Source: a bacterium
Lineage (GTDB): Bacteria > Patescibacteriota > Patescibacteriia > JAGPKW01
Reading direction: 5' to 3'
Assembly (NCBI GenBank): GCA_021780535.1
Contig: JAJXYN010000009.1
Location: forward strand, 75,610-139,609
DNA length: 64,000 nucleotides
In this document: one piece after another, positions 29,103 to 39,087 of the stretch
Position numbering within the stretch: position 1 is the first letter of the stretch
Layout: each line of letters opens with the position of its first letter
Notes under the pieces: model-generated
Seen by the model: the letters and a program-made list of their open reading frames with translations, nothing else
The model's database searches: none
Told to the model about the DNA's origin: nothing
Program-made: the position numbers and the translations under genes

Positions 29103-30407
29103 TTATGGTTTCATAATAAGAGTCCATCTATATTCTGATTTAAAATACTCTAACAAATCAATAATGTTCTCCATGGTCACAGATTCTATGAGCTTTCTTT
29201 TATCTTCATTAGAAATTATCCTTCCAGCAAAGATAATAAAGTCCATTGCATTACCAACAATATCAAAAACCGTATCATCATTTATAAAACTTTTTGCTAT
29301 AGTTTGTTTCTTTATACGATTAAATAACTCTGAATCACTTTTAATCATATTAATACACTCATCTATAGCATCTTCTATTTCATCAAGAGCAGAAATATTC
29401 AAATTATTACAAGAGATATAAAAAGTAATAAAATGCTTATAATTTTCAAATTGAGCATTAATAGAATATGTCCATCCACGTTCTTCACGAATTTTATCAT
29501 ATAGAACTTCATTAAAAATTCTTTTTAAAATAGTAAATACTATCGGATTAGAAGAAAAAGAGTTTGGAATTTTTACGTACATATAGTACCTAGCGGCTTT
29601 GATTACATCATTTTTCGAATAGTACTCGGAGAAATTAAAAATATAACGATTTTCTGATAGAGCTTTAAAAACTAGTTCGGGATTATCTATTACCCCTTTT
29701 TCTCCATCTTTATTTTTTGAGAATGAAGTTTCTTTAATCACTTCTTCAACTTCTTTTATGGTCATTCCACCAGCACAAAAAATACTAATATTCTTCGGGT
29801 TATAGTGCTCATTATAAAAATTCTGAAGATCATCTTTTTGGATTTTAGGAATAGAATCAAGATCACCAAAAGGCGAAGCAAACCTTCCAAGCCAAATACC
29901 TGGATATAATATTTTGTTTCGTTTTAAATCAAGATTAAATTCAAACGATACTTTATATTTTCTATTAAATTCTTCAACTATAACCTTTCTCTGGATGTCT
30001 ATTTCTTTAATATCTGCCGAAAGAAGCATATCGGCAAATATAGAAAGACCTTTTATAATTGAGCTCTTATTAATAGGAAGAAAAAATCTATATCTTGTAA
30101 AAAGATATCCCGTGCTACCAAAATCTGCACCACCGCCACAATCACTAAAAAATAACTCTTTTTCTTTTCTTGAGGTTGAAGAATTTCTTGAAATAACATG
30201 TTCAACAAAATGCGCAGTACCTTCTAACCCAATTTGATCTTTTTCTGCTCCACTATGAACAAGGAAACTAAAAACTTCAAAGGTTTTATCTGGTATATGA
30301 TTAACATATAAAGTTATACCATTTTCTAAAACTGAAGACTTGAAACCAGCACTATAATCACTCATAATACTCTCCTTTATTGAGTTTTGTCTGGATAAAA
30401 ATAACAC
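29103..30407 (-). CDS. M16 (pitrilysin/insulinase) family metallopeptidase-like protein
   Basis: Inverted zinc motif HxxEH in GTAHFVEHVI. The 434-aa length fits an M16 single-chain enzyme. Confidence 0.6.
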   Translation of the reverse strand: MLFLSRQNSIKESIMSDYSAGFKSSVLENGITLYVNHIPDKTFEVFSFLVHSGAEKDQIGLEGTAHFVEHVISRNSSTSRKEKELFFSDCGGGADFGSTGYLFTRYRFFLPINKSSIIKGLSIFADMLLSADIKEIDIQRKVIVEEFNRKYKVSFEFNLDLKRNKILYPGIWLGRFASPFGDLDSIPKIQKDDLQNFYNEHYNPKNISIFCAGGMTIKEVEEVIKETSFSKNKDGEKGVIDNPELVFKALSENRYIFNFSEYYSKNDVIKAARYYMYVKIPNSFSSNPIVFTILKRIFNEVLYDKIREERGWTYSINAQFENYKHFITFYISCNNLNISALDEIEDAIDECINMIKSDSELFNRIKKQTIAKSFINDDTVFDIVGNAMDFIIFAGRIISNEDKRKLIESVTMENIIDLLEYFKSEYRWTLIMKP

Positions 30408-30569
30408 GGAAACATATAAAAGTCAAACAGATTCTTCTAAGAATTTATTCATCAAAATCTAAAATATCAAAACATTATTCTTATCCTTAAAATAAGTTAG
30501 ACACTCATCAATTAAGTTGCACCAAAAATAAAAACCACTTATTTCTAAGTGGCGCAATCAATTATTTGA

Positions 30570-30890
30570 TTAATCAACTGATATTAGCTTTAACAATAAA
30601 GCTAATTTATAAAATGCAATTGCTGATAAAAATAAAAATATTTCTATAAAAATAGTCCAGCTTATTGACATAGCATTATTTTTTTTTGTTACATAACTAC
30701 TTGGACTAAGTTTTTTGCTTTTTGCTTGACTTACTGTTTTTGTGCTCACTGATGATGTTTTACGTTTTCTCGGTTTTTTCACATTTTTCCATTTATCATG
30801 CTCTTTGTTTTTTGACAACATATCTTTAAAACTAGAGAAAACCTCTTCTGAATCTGTCTTTTCATCATATCTTCCTTGCGATAAATTCAC
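30570..30890 (-). CDS. Small membrane-anchored protein (106 aa), Lys/Ser-rich N-terminus plus C-terminal TM helix
   Basis: C-terminal WTIFIEIFLFLSAIAFYKLALLL. The start overlaps the upstream gene by 4 nt (ATGA). Confidence 0.4.
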   Translation of the reverse strand: MNLSQGRYDEKTDSEEVFSSFKDMLSKNKEHDKWKNVKKPRKRKTSSVSTKTVSQAKSKKLSPSSYVTKKNNAMSISWTIFIEIFLFLSAIAFYKLALLLKLISVD

Positions 30891-31747
30891 GTTATTTCTC
30901 CTTTTATTGTTAAACGTTCAATCCATTTTTTTACTACATCTTCTTCTAATTTTACTTCTACAAATTCTGATTGTTTAACACCATATATATGTACAATTCC
31001 ATCTATTATTGAAATTGCTTTTCTATAATATATTGTTTGTATATTTTGTTTAACAACAACAGAATTTGCAAAACTATCAAGAAAACTAAAATATTTTTCG
31101 CCTTTATTCTTCGTAGCGACAAAATCTCCTATTTTTTTTGCGCTATCAAAAGATAATAGTTTTTTTGTAGAAACAGAAACGATATATTCTGTCTTGTTTT
31201 CAATACACTGAAGGTACTCAAATGCTGCATTAATATCATAAAAAACAAAGTATTTCTTTGTGGTTTTATCTTTTATAATATGTGGCATTTTTATAATCCT
31301 ATTATTTTTGAAATCAAATATTGCCCATACTCCTGGCTTTATCATAACTTTTGCATACCTACCATCTCTACTTCCAGAATAATTAAAATACCTAACATGT
31401 AATCCACTTTTTGTTTTTTGTGGCACACCGTTTTCATCAATATAAAAATATTTATTGTTTTTACTTACAGCAAAAACACCATATTTTCTTGAGTCTACAG
31501 TATCTAATTCCCAAATATTCCCAGCTTCATCTTTGATAATTAATCCTTTTTCTTTGTCTAATATAATCCATTTTCCGTCAGATATTCTTTTTAGACAAGA
31601 AAACCTATCATAAAAACCATATACTTCTGAGAAATTATTTTCACCAATACCAGCAATAGTGCTATCATTTGCTAAATAAACAATATCGTCTTTTTTATAT
31701 ATAACAATGCGTGAACTACCGCATGTACTGTTTGTTATTTCAAACAT
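30887..31747 (-). CDS. WG-repeat (beta-propeller-like) protein, hypothetical
   Basis: Recurring approximately 35-aa units of the form KxxxxIDxxGxxII (KWIILDKEKGLII, KYFYIDENGVPQ, VWAIFDFKNNRII, KYFVFYDINAAF). Confidence 0.4.
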   Translation of the reverse strand: MFEITNSTCGSSRIVIYKKDDIVYLANDSTIAGIGENNFSEVYGFYDRFSCLKRISDGKWIILDKEKGLIIKDEAGNIWELDTVDSRKYGVFAVSKNNKYFYIDENGVPQKTKSGLHVRYFNYSGSRDGRYAKVMIKPGVWAIFDFKNNRIIKMPHIIKDKTTKKYFVFYDINAAFEYLQCIENKTEYIVSVSTKKLLSFDSAKKIGDFVATKNKGEKYFSFLDSFANSVVVKQNIQTIYYRKAISIIDGIVHIYGVKQSEFVEVKLEEDVVKKWIERLTIKGEIT

Positions 31748-31807
31748 ATCATAACCCCCTTGTGTTCAATTTGATAGTTATTTTAATACCACAAATCAGA
31801 CTATAAG

Positions 31808-32497
31808 TCAAAAAAAATATAAATCAAAATCACCAATATAATATCCTAAACATTTTTTATTTTTAATTAATTCTGTTTTTGTATATTTGTTTATTTTTTT
31901 TCTAATATTTTTTATAAAAACTTCTACTACATTTGAAAATGGATTATCATTTTCATCCCATATTTTGTCAAATATTTCTTGCCTGTTTATTATTATATTT
32001 TGATTTCTAAAAAATAGCTCTAAAATATTAAACTCTTTTTTCGTTAAACATATTTTATAATTTCTAAAAAATAATTTTTTTAAATTTAAATCTAAATAAA
32101 AATTATTGTATTCTATTTTATCTTTTATATAACTATTACTAGATCTTCTTAATATTGCTTCTATTCTTAATATTAATTCTTCTTTGTTGAATGGTTTTTT
32201 AACATAATCATCTCCACCAGCTTTTAATGCATTTAATAAAAATTTGTCATCACTAATAGACGTTAAAAATATAATTGGTGTATTATTTTTCATTGCTCTT
32301 AAATCTTTACATATATCTATTCCATTTTTTTCTGGAACATTTATATCAATCATTATTAAATCATAATTATTCATAGAGGCTTTTAGTAACCCAGACTTTC
32401 CATTTGTTTCATAATCTAAAATAAAATAATTTTTATCTAAAATAATTTTTATAGCCTCAATAATTTCAATATCATCTTCTATATATAGTATTTTCAT
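31808..32497 (-). CDS. OmpR-family response regulator (REC plus winged-helix); no kinase gene adjacent
   Basis: MKILYIEDD...DLIMIDINVP...IIFLTS...KAGGDDYVKKPF (receiver with phospho-acceptor Asp). C-terminal trans_reg_C-like region. Confidence 0.75.
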   Translation of the reverse strand: MKILYIEDDIEIIEAIKIILDKNYFILDYETNGKSGLLKASMNNYDLIMIDINVPEKNGIDICKDLRAMKNNTPIIFLTSISDDKFLLNALKAGGDDYVKKPFNKEELILRIEAILRRSSNSYIKDKIEYNNFYLDLNLKKLFFRNYKICLTKKEFNILELFFRNQNIIINRQEIFDKIWDENDNPFSNVVEVFIKNIRKKINKYTKTELIKNKKCLGYYIGDFDLYFF

Positions 32498-32612
32498 AAA
32501 TAATAAATAATTAATTTTTAATTTGGTATTATTATTTATTTTAATATTAACACAACCAAAATGAAAAAATTATGAACAATATAATAATTTATATTAAAAA
32601 AATAAAGACAAC

Positions 32613-34196
32613 TTATATTATCTTTATTTTTAATATTCTATCTATATCAAATATTATTGCTTCTTTTTTATTTATATTCAAACCCTTCAGTGCTGTAAAA
32701 TTAATATTCTTATTTTTATAATTTTCTAAAATTTCTATTGGAATTATTTCTTTTTTTATTTTATCTCCATTATCTTTCATATATATTATTTCTATTTTAC
32801 TTTTTTCTTCTATATATTTTTTTATTAAATTTAATTTATTTTCTTTTGATAAATTTAATTCTGAATTTTTTTTGTGTAATTTTTTTATATATTCAATAAC
32901 TCTTTTATCTAATAGTATATGTTCTTTTCTTAATTTATTTTTTAATATTATACCTTCCAAACTTGTGCACCTACTCAATGCTACATAAGCTTGTCCATGA
33001 GCAAATGTTCTATCACCAAAATCTATTACAACTCTATCAAATGTTTTTCCTTGGCTTTTATGTATCGTTATAGCCCAAGCTAATTTTATTGGAAATTGAA
33101 TAAATGCGCCGATTGGTTTTGATTCTATGGAATCAGAATCATCATTATATACATAATTAAATATATCCCATTTATGTGGCTCCACTTCTACAATATCTCC
33201 ATTATCAAGTTCTACTATTATAATATCATTATTTATCTCTTCTTCTTTTCCATGATTTATAAATTCTGAATTTTCTATAATCTTTATTACCTTACCAACA
33301 CTTCCATTAACCCATTTACCTTCCGAGTGATTATTCAACAACATTACTTGTGACCCTTTTTTTATTTTTAGAATATTTTCTGTTGGCAAATAATTTTTAT
33401 CAAAATTACCTTTTATTAAACCGCTATATATATATTCTTTTTCTTTTATGCTTTCTAATTTTTTTAAATTAATTTCGTCAGCTTTTTTATTTGTTGTTGT
33501 TAGATTTATATAAAAATCTTCTTTTTTTATTTCACTTTCTTTATTATATCTTTTGTTTAATATTTCTAAATGATTTTGTTTTAATGAATTACTTCTTATT
33601 ATATTTAAAAGATTTATAAATAAATTATCTTTTTGTCTGTATATTTTGTTTAACTCTACAAAATCAAAATCAAATATTTTAAAAACTTTTGATGAAAAAA
33701 AATATGGTGTTTTGTAATGTTCTTCAAATATTTTTTTTTCTGCTTCTACCATTACTGGTGGTAATTGATATAGATCACCAATAAAAATCATTTGTATCCC
33801 ACCAAAATTTTCCGATTTATCTTTCCCATTTAATCTTAAAAATTTATCTACACAATCTAATAAATCAGCTCTTACCATAGATATTTCATCTATTATTATA
33901 CAATCTATTTTTTTATAAAAATCCGTTTTCTTTTTTCTAATTTTTGATTCCGTGACATTTGGTTTAAACTCAAAAAATGAATGTATTGTTTGGCCTTTTA
34001 TGTTTAATGCTGCTACTCCAGTTGGAGCAAGAACAACTATTTTTTTTTTAGTTTGATATCTAAAATAAGATAGTAAAGTTGACTTGCCAGTGCCAGCCTT
34101 ACCTGTTAGAAATATATTTCTATTTGTATTCTCCATTAAATTAAAAGCATTTATAAAATCCTCATTTAATTCAATGTTTGAAAATTGATCTTGCAT
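32613..34196 (-). CDS. PIF1/RecD-like superfamily-1 DNA helicase
   Basis: Walker A LTGKAGTGKST. IIIDEISMV. GDLYQLPPV. PIF1 signature QAYVALSRCTSLEGI. About 100-aa C-terminal extension. Confidence 0.75.
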   Translation of the reverse strand: MQDQFSNIELNEDFINAFNLMENTNRNIFLTGKAGTGKSTLLSYFRYQTKKKIVVLAPTGVAALNIKGQTIHSFFEFKPNVTESKIRKKKTDFYKKIDCIIIDEISMVRADLLDCVDKFLRLNGKDKSENFGGIQMIFIGDLYQLPPVMVEAEKKIFEEHYKTPYFFSSKVFKIFDFDFVELNKIYRQKDNLFINLLNIIRSNSLKQNHLEILNKRYNKESEIKKEDFYINLTTTNKKADEINLKKLESIKEKEYIYSGLIKGNFDKNYLPTENILKIKKGSQVMLLNNHSEGKWVNGSVGKVIKIIENSEFINHGKEEEINNDIIIVELDNGDIVEVEPHKWDIFNYVYNDDSDSIESKPIGAFIQFPIKLAWAITIHKSQGKTFDRVVIDFGDRTFAHGQAYVALSRCTSLEGIILKNKLRKEHILLDKRVIEYIKKLHKKNSELNLSKENKLNLIKKYIEEKSKIEIIYMKDNGDKIKKEIIPIEILENYKNKNINFTALKGLNINKKEAIIFDIDRILKIKII

Positions 34197-34197
34197 T

Positions 34198-34419
34198 TTA
34201 TTTTATTATCTCTACTGTTTTAAATTTTGTGAATATTCCAGATTTTATTATAATACAACTTTTTGGTACGTGAAATTCTTCTGATAAAAAATCTATCAAA
34301 GCCTTATTCGCTTTACCTTCTATTTGTGGAGCTTTTATTTTTACTTTTAATACATTGTCTTTAAATTCTACTATTTTACTCTCTTTACTATTTGGTTGTA
34401 CGTTTACTTTTAATATCAT
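34198..34419 (-). CDS. DUF167 / YggU-family small protein
   Basis: 73 aa. VKIKAPQIEGKANKALIDFLSEEFHVPKSCIIIKSG matches the YggU pattern (P.dGKAN.ali.fl...ks.i.i..G). Confidence 0.6.
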   Translation of the reverse strand: MILKVNVQPNSKESKIVEFKDNVLKVKIKAPQIEGKANKALIDFLSEEFHVPKSCIIIKSGIFTKFKTVEIIK

Positions 34420-34454
34420 AGATCTTTATTATAATATTTATAAATTCTACATTA

Positions 34455-34486
34455 TACAATACAAAAGGTCCAGGCATGCCTGGACC
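34455..34486 (-). terminator. Intrinsic terminator after tig (perfect 20-nt GC-rich palindrome)
   Basis: ggtccaggcatgcctggacc followed on the minus strand by ttttgtattg. Confidence 0.6.
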
Positions 34487-34499
34487 CTACAAGATATTA

Positions 34500-35813
34500 T
34501 TATTCGATTATATTTTTCTCTTTTAGGAATTTTATTACTTTTTCATTTTTTAAAACCCTTTTTACTTGTGTTTGATATTCTGGATGTTCTAAATTTTGCT
34601 TAATTGTTTCAAAATCTGGATGAGAACTATAATGAACTCTAGCTGCTTCTAATTCTTTATTTAATTCTTCTTCTGTAACATCTATTTTTTCTTCTTCTGC
34701 TATTTTTTCTATTATTAAAGATATTTTCAATCTTTCTTCTGCTTTTGGTTTAAATTCTTCTTGCAATTCTTCTTCTGATTTTTTAATAGAAGCTTTATAA
34801 TTTTCAAAATCCATTCCACTCTGTTCTATATTTGACTTTAATTCATTAACCATTTTTTTTGTTTCCATAAGAATTAATCTTGCTGGAATCTCTGAAATTT
34901 TAGAATCTTTTCCAATTTCTTCTAACATTTTAACTGATAATTTTTCATCATCTTTATTTAAATCTTCTTGTATAATGTTTTGCTCTAATTGTTTTTTAAG
35001 AGCATCTAAAGTATCAAATTTTAAAACTTTTGCAAAGTCATCATTTAACTCTGGTAATTCAATTTTATTGATAGCATTTATTTTTATTTTAAATAAAACT
35101 TTTTTATTAGCTAGGTTTTTTTCAAAATAATCTTCCGGAAAAGTTAATTCAAATTCTTTTTCATCACCAACTTTTAGTCCAATAATTTGTTCATAATAAC
35201 CAGGAATAAATCTTTCTTTTTTAACTTCTTCTTTAAAATTTTTATAACTTCCATTTTCCAATGGAACTCCATTTATAAATAAATCTAGATCTATATCTGC
35301 TTTATCTCCATCTTCTATAACTCCATCATTTTTAAGAACCTCAGAAGATCTCATTCTTCTTAATTCTTCTACTGTTTTTTCTAATTTTTCTTTAAATTCT
35401 TTTGAGCTTGTATCTTGTTTTTCTTTTTTAATCTTCAATTCTTTATATTTTCCTAATTTAATTTCTGGAACAAGCATTAATTCTGCTGTAAAAACTATAG
35501 GATTTCCTGGTGCTAATTTTTCTATTTTAATCTCTGGTTCATGAAAAACCTTTTCTTTAATGTCTTGAGATTGCAAAGCTTCATAATATGAAGATTCTAC
35601 TATGATTTGTAAAGCCTCTTCATAAATAGACATTTCCCCAACTTTTGAAGCTACCGCACTATAAGGAGCTTTACCAGGTCTAAATCCTTTTATTTCTACA
35701 TGCTCTGAAATATGTTCTGCAGCGTGTTCTATATGTTTTTTATAATCTTCATATGGAACTTCTATTGTGAAGATTATTTTACCATTATCTTGATTCTTAA
35801 TAGTATTAATCAT
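34500..35813 (-). CDS. tig: Trigger factor
   Basis: 437 aa. N-terminal ribosome-binding region, central PPIase-like region (KGFRPGKAPY), C-terminal helical arms. Confidence 0.88.
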   Translation of the reverse strand: MINTIKNQDNGKIIFTIEVPYEDYKKHIEHAAEHISEHVEIKGFRPGKAPYSAVASKVGEMSIYEEALQIIVESSYYEALQSQDIKEKVFHEPEIKIEKLAPGNPIVFTAELMLVPEIKLGKYKELKIKKEKQDTSSKEFKEKLEKTVEELRRMRSSEVLKNDGVIEDGDKADIDLDLFINGVPLENGSYKNFKEEVKKERFIPGYYEQIIGLKVGDEKEFELTFPEDYFEKNLANKKVLFKIKINAINKIELPELNDDFAKVLKFDTLDALKKQLEQNIIQEDLNKDDEKLSVKMLEEIGKDSKISEIPARLILMETKKMVNELKSNIEQSGMDFENYKASIKKSEEELQEEFKPKAEERLKISLIIEKIAEEEKIDVTEEELNKELEAARVHYSSHPDFETIKQNLEHPEYQTQVKRVLKNEKVIKFLKEKNIIE

Positions 35814-35923
35814 AAATTTCTTGATTATTTTTTAATGGGTTTCATTATATCAAATAAATATTATTTTTTCAATATAATCAACAAAAAATAGCCTATTTTT
35901 TAAAATGGCTATTTTTATTTATT

Positions 35924-37144
35924 TTATACTTTTTTATTTATAAATTTTATTATATCATCTCTGAGATTTGCTAATGATCCTATAGAAATAAATAATATTA
36001 ATAAACTTAATATCCATCCAATAAAAGGTATTATTGTTAATATTATAAATATTAAAGAACCAACTGTTAAAGATAAGTATAATGATGGATTTTTATATTT
36101 CATCATCTTAGATAAAAATATATTACCAACAAAAATTGAACTAAAGACTGATGCTATAAATATCATTACACAAAGTACGCATAATATAATTAAAGATATT
36201 TTTATTCCTATTATTGTTATTGCAAATAATAAAGACAATCCTAATAAAGAAAAAAATGTTAAAGCTCCTTTTCCTAAATTTTGTGTTAAATTTTTTTCAG
36301 AATCTTTATTTATTCTTAATACAACTTTATTGAATGATTTTATGAGCATTAGACCAGCTATTAAAACAGCAAACAAACCTAGTGTTAGCTTAACAAAAAC
36401 TTTTGTTTTAAATGAACTTATAAATCCATCAGCTGGATTTTCTTTTACTTCTTTTATTGTAGAAATATTTCCATTAACTACTGAGCTTATATTTGCAGAA
36501 GTTTGAATTGATTCTGAAGCTTCTAAATTATTTACTATTTTTGCATTTTGTCCGAAATAAACAAAATCTGAAAGTAATGTTGCATTTCTACCAATATTAG
36601 AATTTAACGTTATTGCTTTGGATTTTACCAAAAGATCTCTACTAACATCTGCCCCTATATTTACTACATTTCCACGTATTAATAAATCTTGTCCTATACT
36701 TGAATTCTTATTTATAACAATAGAGCTTCCTGCTATATAAGAATTTTTATTAATTTTTGAATTTACATTTATTAAACTGCCGGCCAAAAATAAATTATCA
36801 ATTCCATCGGAATTTATTGTTACAGCGTCTCCTGCTGAAAAAATATTCCCATTAACTTTTCCATTTAAATTAATATTATTACCAACTACAAATAAATCTC
36901 CGTTTATATTTCCAGAAAAAGTAATACTAGAGCCCGCTAAAAATGCATCCCCATTAATGTTACCTCTAATATCAAGAACATCTCCAACTGCAAGATATGT
37001 TTTATTTATAGTTTTATCTTGGTCTAAGAATACCAAATCAGATGCTTTTATTTTTGTTGTGAAAATAAAAGAAAATATAAATATAGGAATTAAAATGATT
37101 CCTAAAAGTAAAAATATTTTACTTTTTTTAAAAACCTTTTTCAT
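35924..37144 (-). CDS. Membrane protein with beta-helical (bactofilin/hexapeptide-like) repeats, hypothetical
   Basis: N-terminal TM. Repetitive GNINGDxF(L/V)AGSxIxxxGxINGD segments. Three to four C-terminal TM helices. Confidence 0.45.
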   Translation of the reverse strand: MKKVFKKSKIFLLLGIILIPIFIFSFIFTTKIKASDLVFLDQDKTINKTYLAVGDVLDIRGNINGDAFLAGSSITFSGNINGDLFVVGNNINLNGKVNGNIFSAGDAVTINSDGIDNLFLAGSLINVNSKINKNSYIAGSSIVINKNSSIGQDLLIRGNVVNIGADVSRDLLVKSKAITLNSNIGRNATLLSDFVYFGQNAKIVNNLEASESIQTSANISSVVNGNISTIKEVKENPADGFISSFKTKVFVKLTLGLFAVLIAGLMLIKSFNKVVLRINKDSEKNLTQNLGKGALTFFSLLGLSLLFAITIIGIKISLIILCVLCVMIFIASVFSSIFVGNIFLSKMMKYKNPSLYLSLTVGSLIFIILTIIPFIGWILSLLILFISIGSLANLRDDIIKFINKKV

Positions 37145-37309
37145 GATGTTGATTAAATAGTTTGTTAGTTAAATAGCTAGCTAGTTAAATAGTTCTAAAT
37201 TACTTAACTTTTACAATTTAATTATAACACAATATAGAAATATAGAAATATACAAAAGTGTATGTCGTAAAATATTTTTATGATATAATACAATTATATT
37301 AATAAAAAT

Positions 37310-38239
37310 ATGGAAGAAAAAATTGTTCCTGAAGAAATAAAAAAATTAATAGATAAATTTATTTCTTATATTGAAATAAACAAAAACAGAAGCTTAAAAA
37401 CTGTAAATAATTATAGACGTTATTTATATAGATTTTTTGATTTTGCAAAAATTAATTCTGTTTCCAATATTACTGCTGATGTTGTAAATAATTTTATTCT
37501 CTATATGAGAAGACAAAATGGTACTCGTGATGGAGAAATGAAAACTAATACTCGTAATTATCATTTAATTGCTCTTCGCATGTTTTTAAAATATCTTGCA
37601 AAAATAGATGTTAAAACTTTAAGCCCTGAAAAAATAGAACTTGCCAAACAACAACCTAGACAAGTTGAATTTTTGGAAAAAGAAGAATTAAAAAAAATTA
37701 TTGGAGCTCCTAATTTAACAAAAGAAAGTGAATTAACAAAATTAAGAGATGTTGCTATTTTAGAATTATTATTTTCTACTGGCTTACGTGTTTCTGAACT
37801 TGCTAATCTTAATAAAGAAAATGTAAATCTTAATAGAGATGAATTTTCTATTCGTGGTAAAGGTGGAAAGGTTCGTGTAGTTTTTATTTCAACTATAGCT
37901 AGAGAAACTTTAAAAAAATATTTAGATAATAGAAAAGATACATCACAAGCATTATTTGTGAGAACTGATTTAGATTCTAAAAATCATTCATTAGAAAATT
38001 TAACGGTAAGATCAATTCAAAGAATTGTAAAAAAATATTCTAAAATTGCTGGTATAACAAAAAAAGTTACACCCCACACACTAAGACATTCTTTTGCTAC
38101 GGACTTATTATATGAAGGTGCCGACATCAGATCAGTTCAAGAAATGTTGGGCCATTCAAGTATCACAACTACCCAAATCTATACTCATGTTACAAATAAA
38201 AGATTAAAAGAAATTTTTGATAAATTTCATGATAAATAA
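37310..38239 (+). CDS. Tyrosine site-specific recombinase (XerC/XerD-like, phage-integrase family)
   Basis: C-terminal catalytic region R...TPHTLRHSFATDLLYEGADIRSVQEMLGHSSITTTQIYTHV with the catalytic Tyr. N-terminal core-binding domain. Confidence 0.8.
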   Translation: MEEKIVPEEIKKLIDKFISYIEINKNRSLKTVNNYRRYLYRFFDFAKINSVSNITADVVNNFILYMRRQNGTRDGEMKTNTRNYHLIALRMFLKYLAKIDVKTLSPEKIELAKQQPRQVEFLEKEELKKIIGAPNLTKESELTKLRDVAILELLFSTGLRVSELANLNKENVNLNRDEFSIRGKGGKVRVVFISTIARETLKKYLDNRKDTSQALFVRTDLDSKNHSLENLTVRSIQRIVKKYSKIAGITKKVTPHTLRHSFATDLLYEGADIRSVQEMLGHSSITTTQIYTHVTNKRLKEIFDKFHDK

Positions 38240-38305
38240 CACGTTATAATTCAATATTATTTACATTTTAGCTTTTGTGTGTTATTATTAAATTCATTGA
38301 AACAT

Positions 38306-38380
38306 GCGCCTATAGTTCAGTGGATAGAATAGGAGCCTTCTAAGCTCTAGACCCAAGTTCGATTCTTGGTGGGCGCACCA
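38306..38380 (+). tRNA. tRNA-Arg (anticodon UCU)
   Basis: 75-nt cloverleaf. Anticodon loop cttctaa. Encoded CCA. Confidence 0.8.
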
Positions 38381-38439
38381 TTAAAATTTATTTACCATTT
38401 TAAAAAACCAACCCCATAAAACGAGTTGGTTTTTAAATT

Positions 38440-38829
38440 TTAGAAATAATCTTCTGGTACATCACTCCAATTACCATGTATATTACATTTTACAACGGCA
38501 TGATATATATCTAGACCCTCCCAACTTCTTGGATTCCATTCATTTATTTCACATAATTCTCTATCTCTTTTATTTACTTTATTTAGATCAAATATTACTT
38601 TATATATTTTTTCTCCTTTTTCAACATGAACAGTATCCACAATTCTTCTTAATGAATATAATGTTATCGTTTGTATGTAATGATTTTTTATTTTTGAACG
38701 ATAAAAGTTAGATACATCAATTTCTATCTCATGATCAGATATTACTCTTATTATTGGAGTATGCTCATAATCCAAATCATTTGAGTTTTCTGGACATTGA
38801 TTTGTCGTTGTATGTAGAATTGAGGGCAT
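38440..38829 (-). CDS. Hypothetical protein (129 aa)
   Basis: ORF between two tRNA genes. No motif recognised. Confidence 0.35.
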   Translation of the reverse strand: MPSILHTTTNQCPENSNDLDYEHTPIIRVISDHEIEIDVSNFYRSKIKNHYIQTITLYSLRRIVDTVHVEKGEKIYKVIFDLNKVNKRDRELCEINEWNPRSWEGLDIYHAVVKCNIHGNWSDVPEDYF

Positions 38830-38903
38830 AGCATTTTTGTTTTTATAATATAACTATAATTGACTTTTGGCAAATTTTTGCTATAATTGAATTCGTTAGA
38901 AAT

Positions 38904-38980
38904 GGTGGTGTTAGCTCAGTTGGTAGAGCATCGGTCTGTGGATCCGAGGGTCACGGGTTCGAACCCCGTACGCCACCCCA
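38904..38980 (+). tRNA. tRNA-His (anticodon GUG) with genomically encoded G-1
   Basis: Matches the bacterial tRNA-His architecture (ggtggtgttagctcagttggtagagc...ctgtgga...gggttcgaaccccgt...acgccacccca). An extra 5' G opposite the discriminator C. Confidence 0.8.
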
Positions 38981-38983
38981 AAC

Positions 38984-39016
38984 AAAATAACGCTTTATTG
39001 GCGTTATTTTTTATAA
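38984..39016 (+). terminator. Intrinsic terminator after tRNA-His
   Basis: aataacgc-tttattg-gcgttatt followed by ttttat. Confidence 0.55.
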
Positions 39017-39087
39017 AATATCACAACTTCACATGTTTATAGCTTAAATTAAAAAATCCGCGTACAATTAAGCACGCGGAGTTAATA

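Noticed and set aside
28964-31800. Prophage or integrative element call at tRNA-Leu
   Set aside because: No integrase, no phage structural genes and no att direct repeat were found, and the compositional shift is marginal. It is kept only as a low-confidence island hypothesis in the findings.
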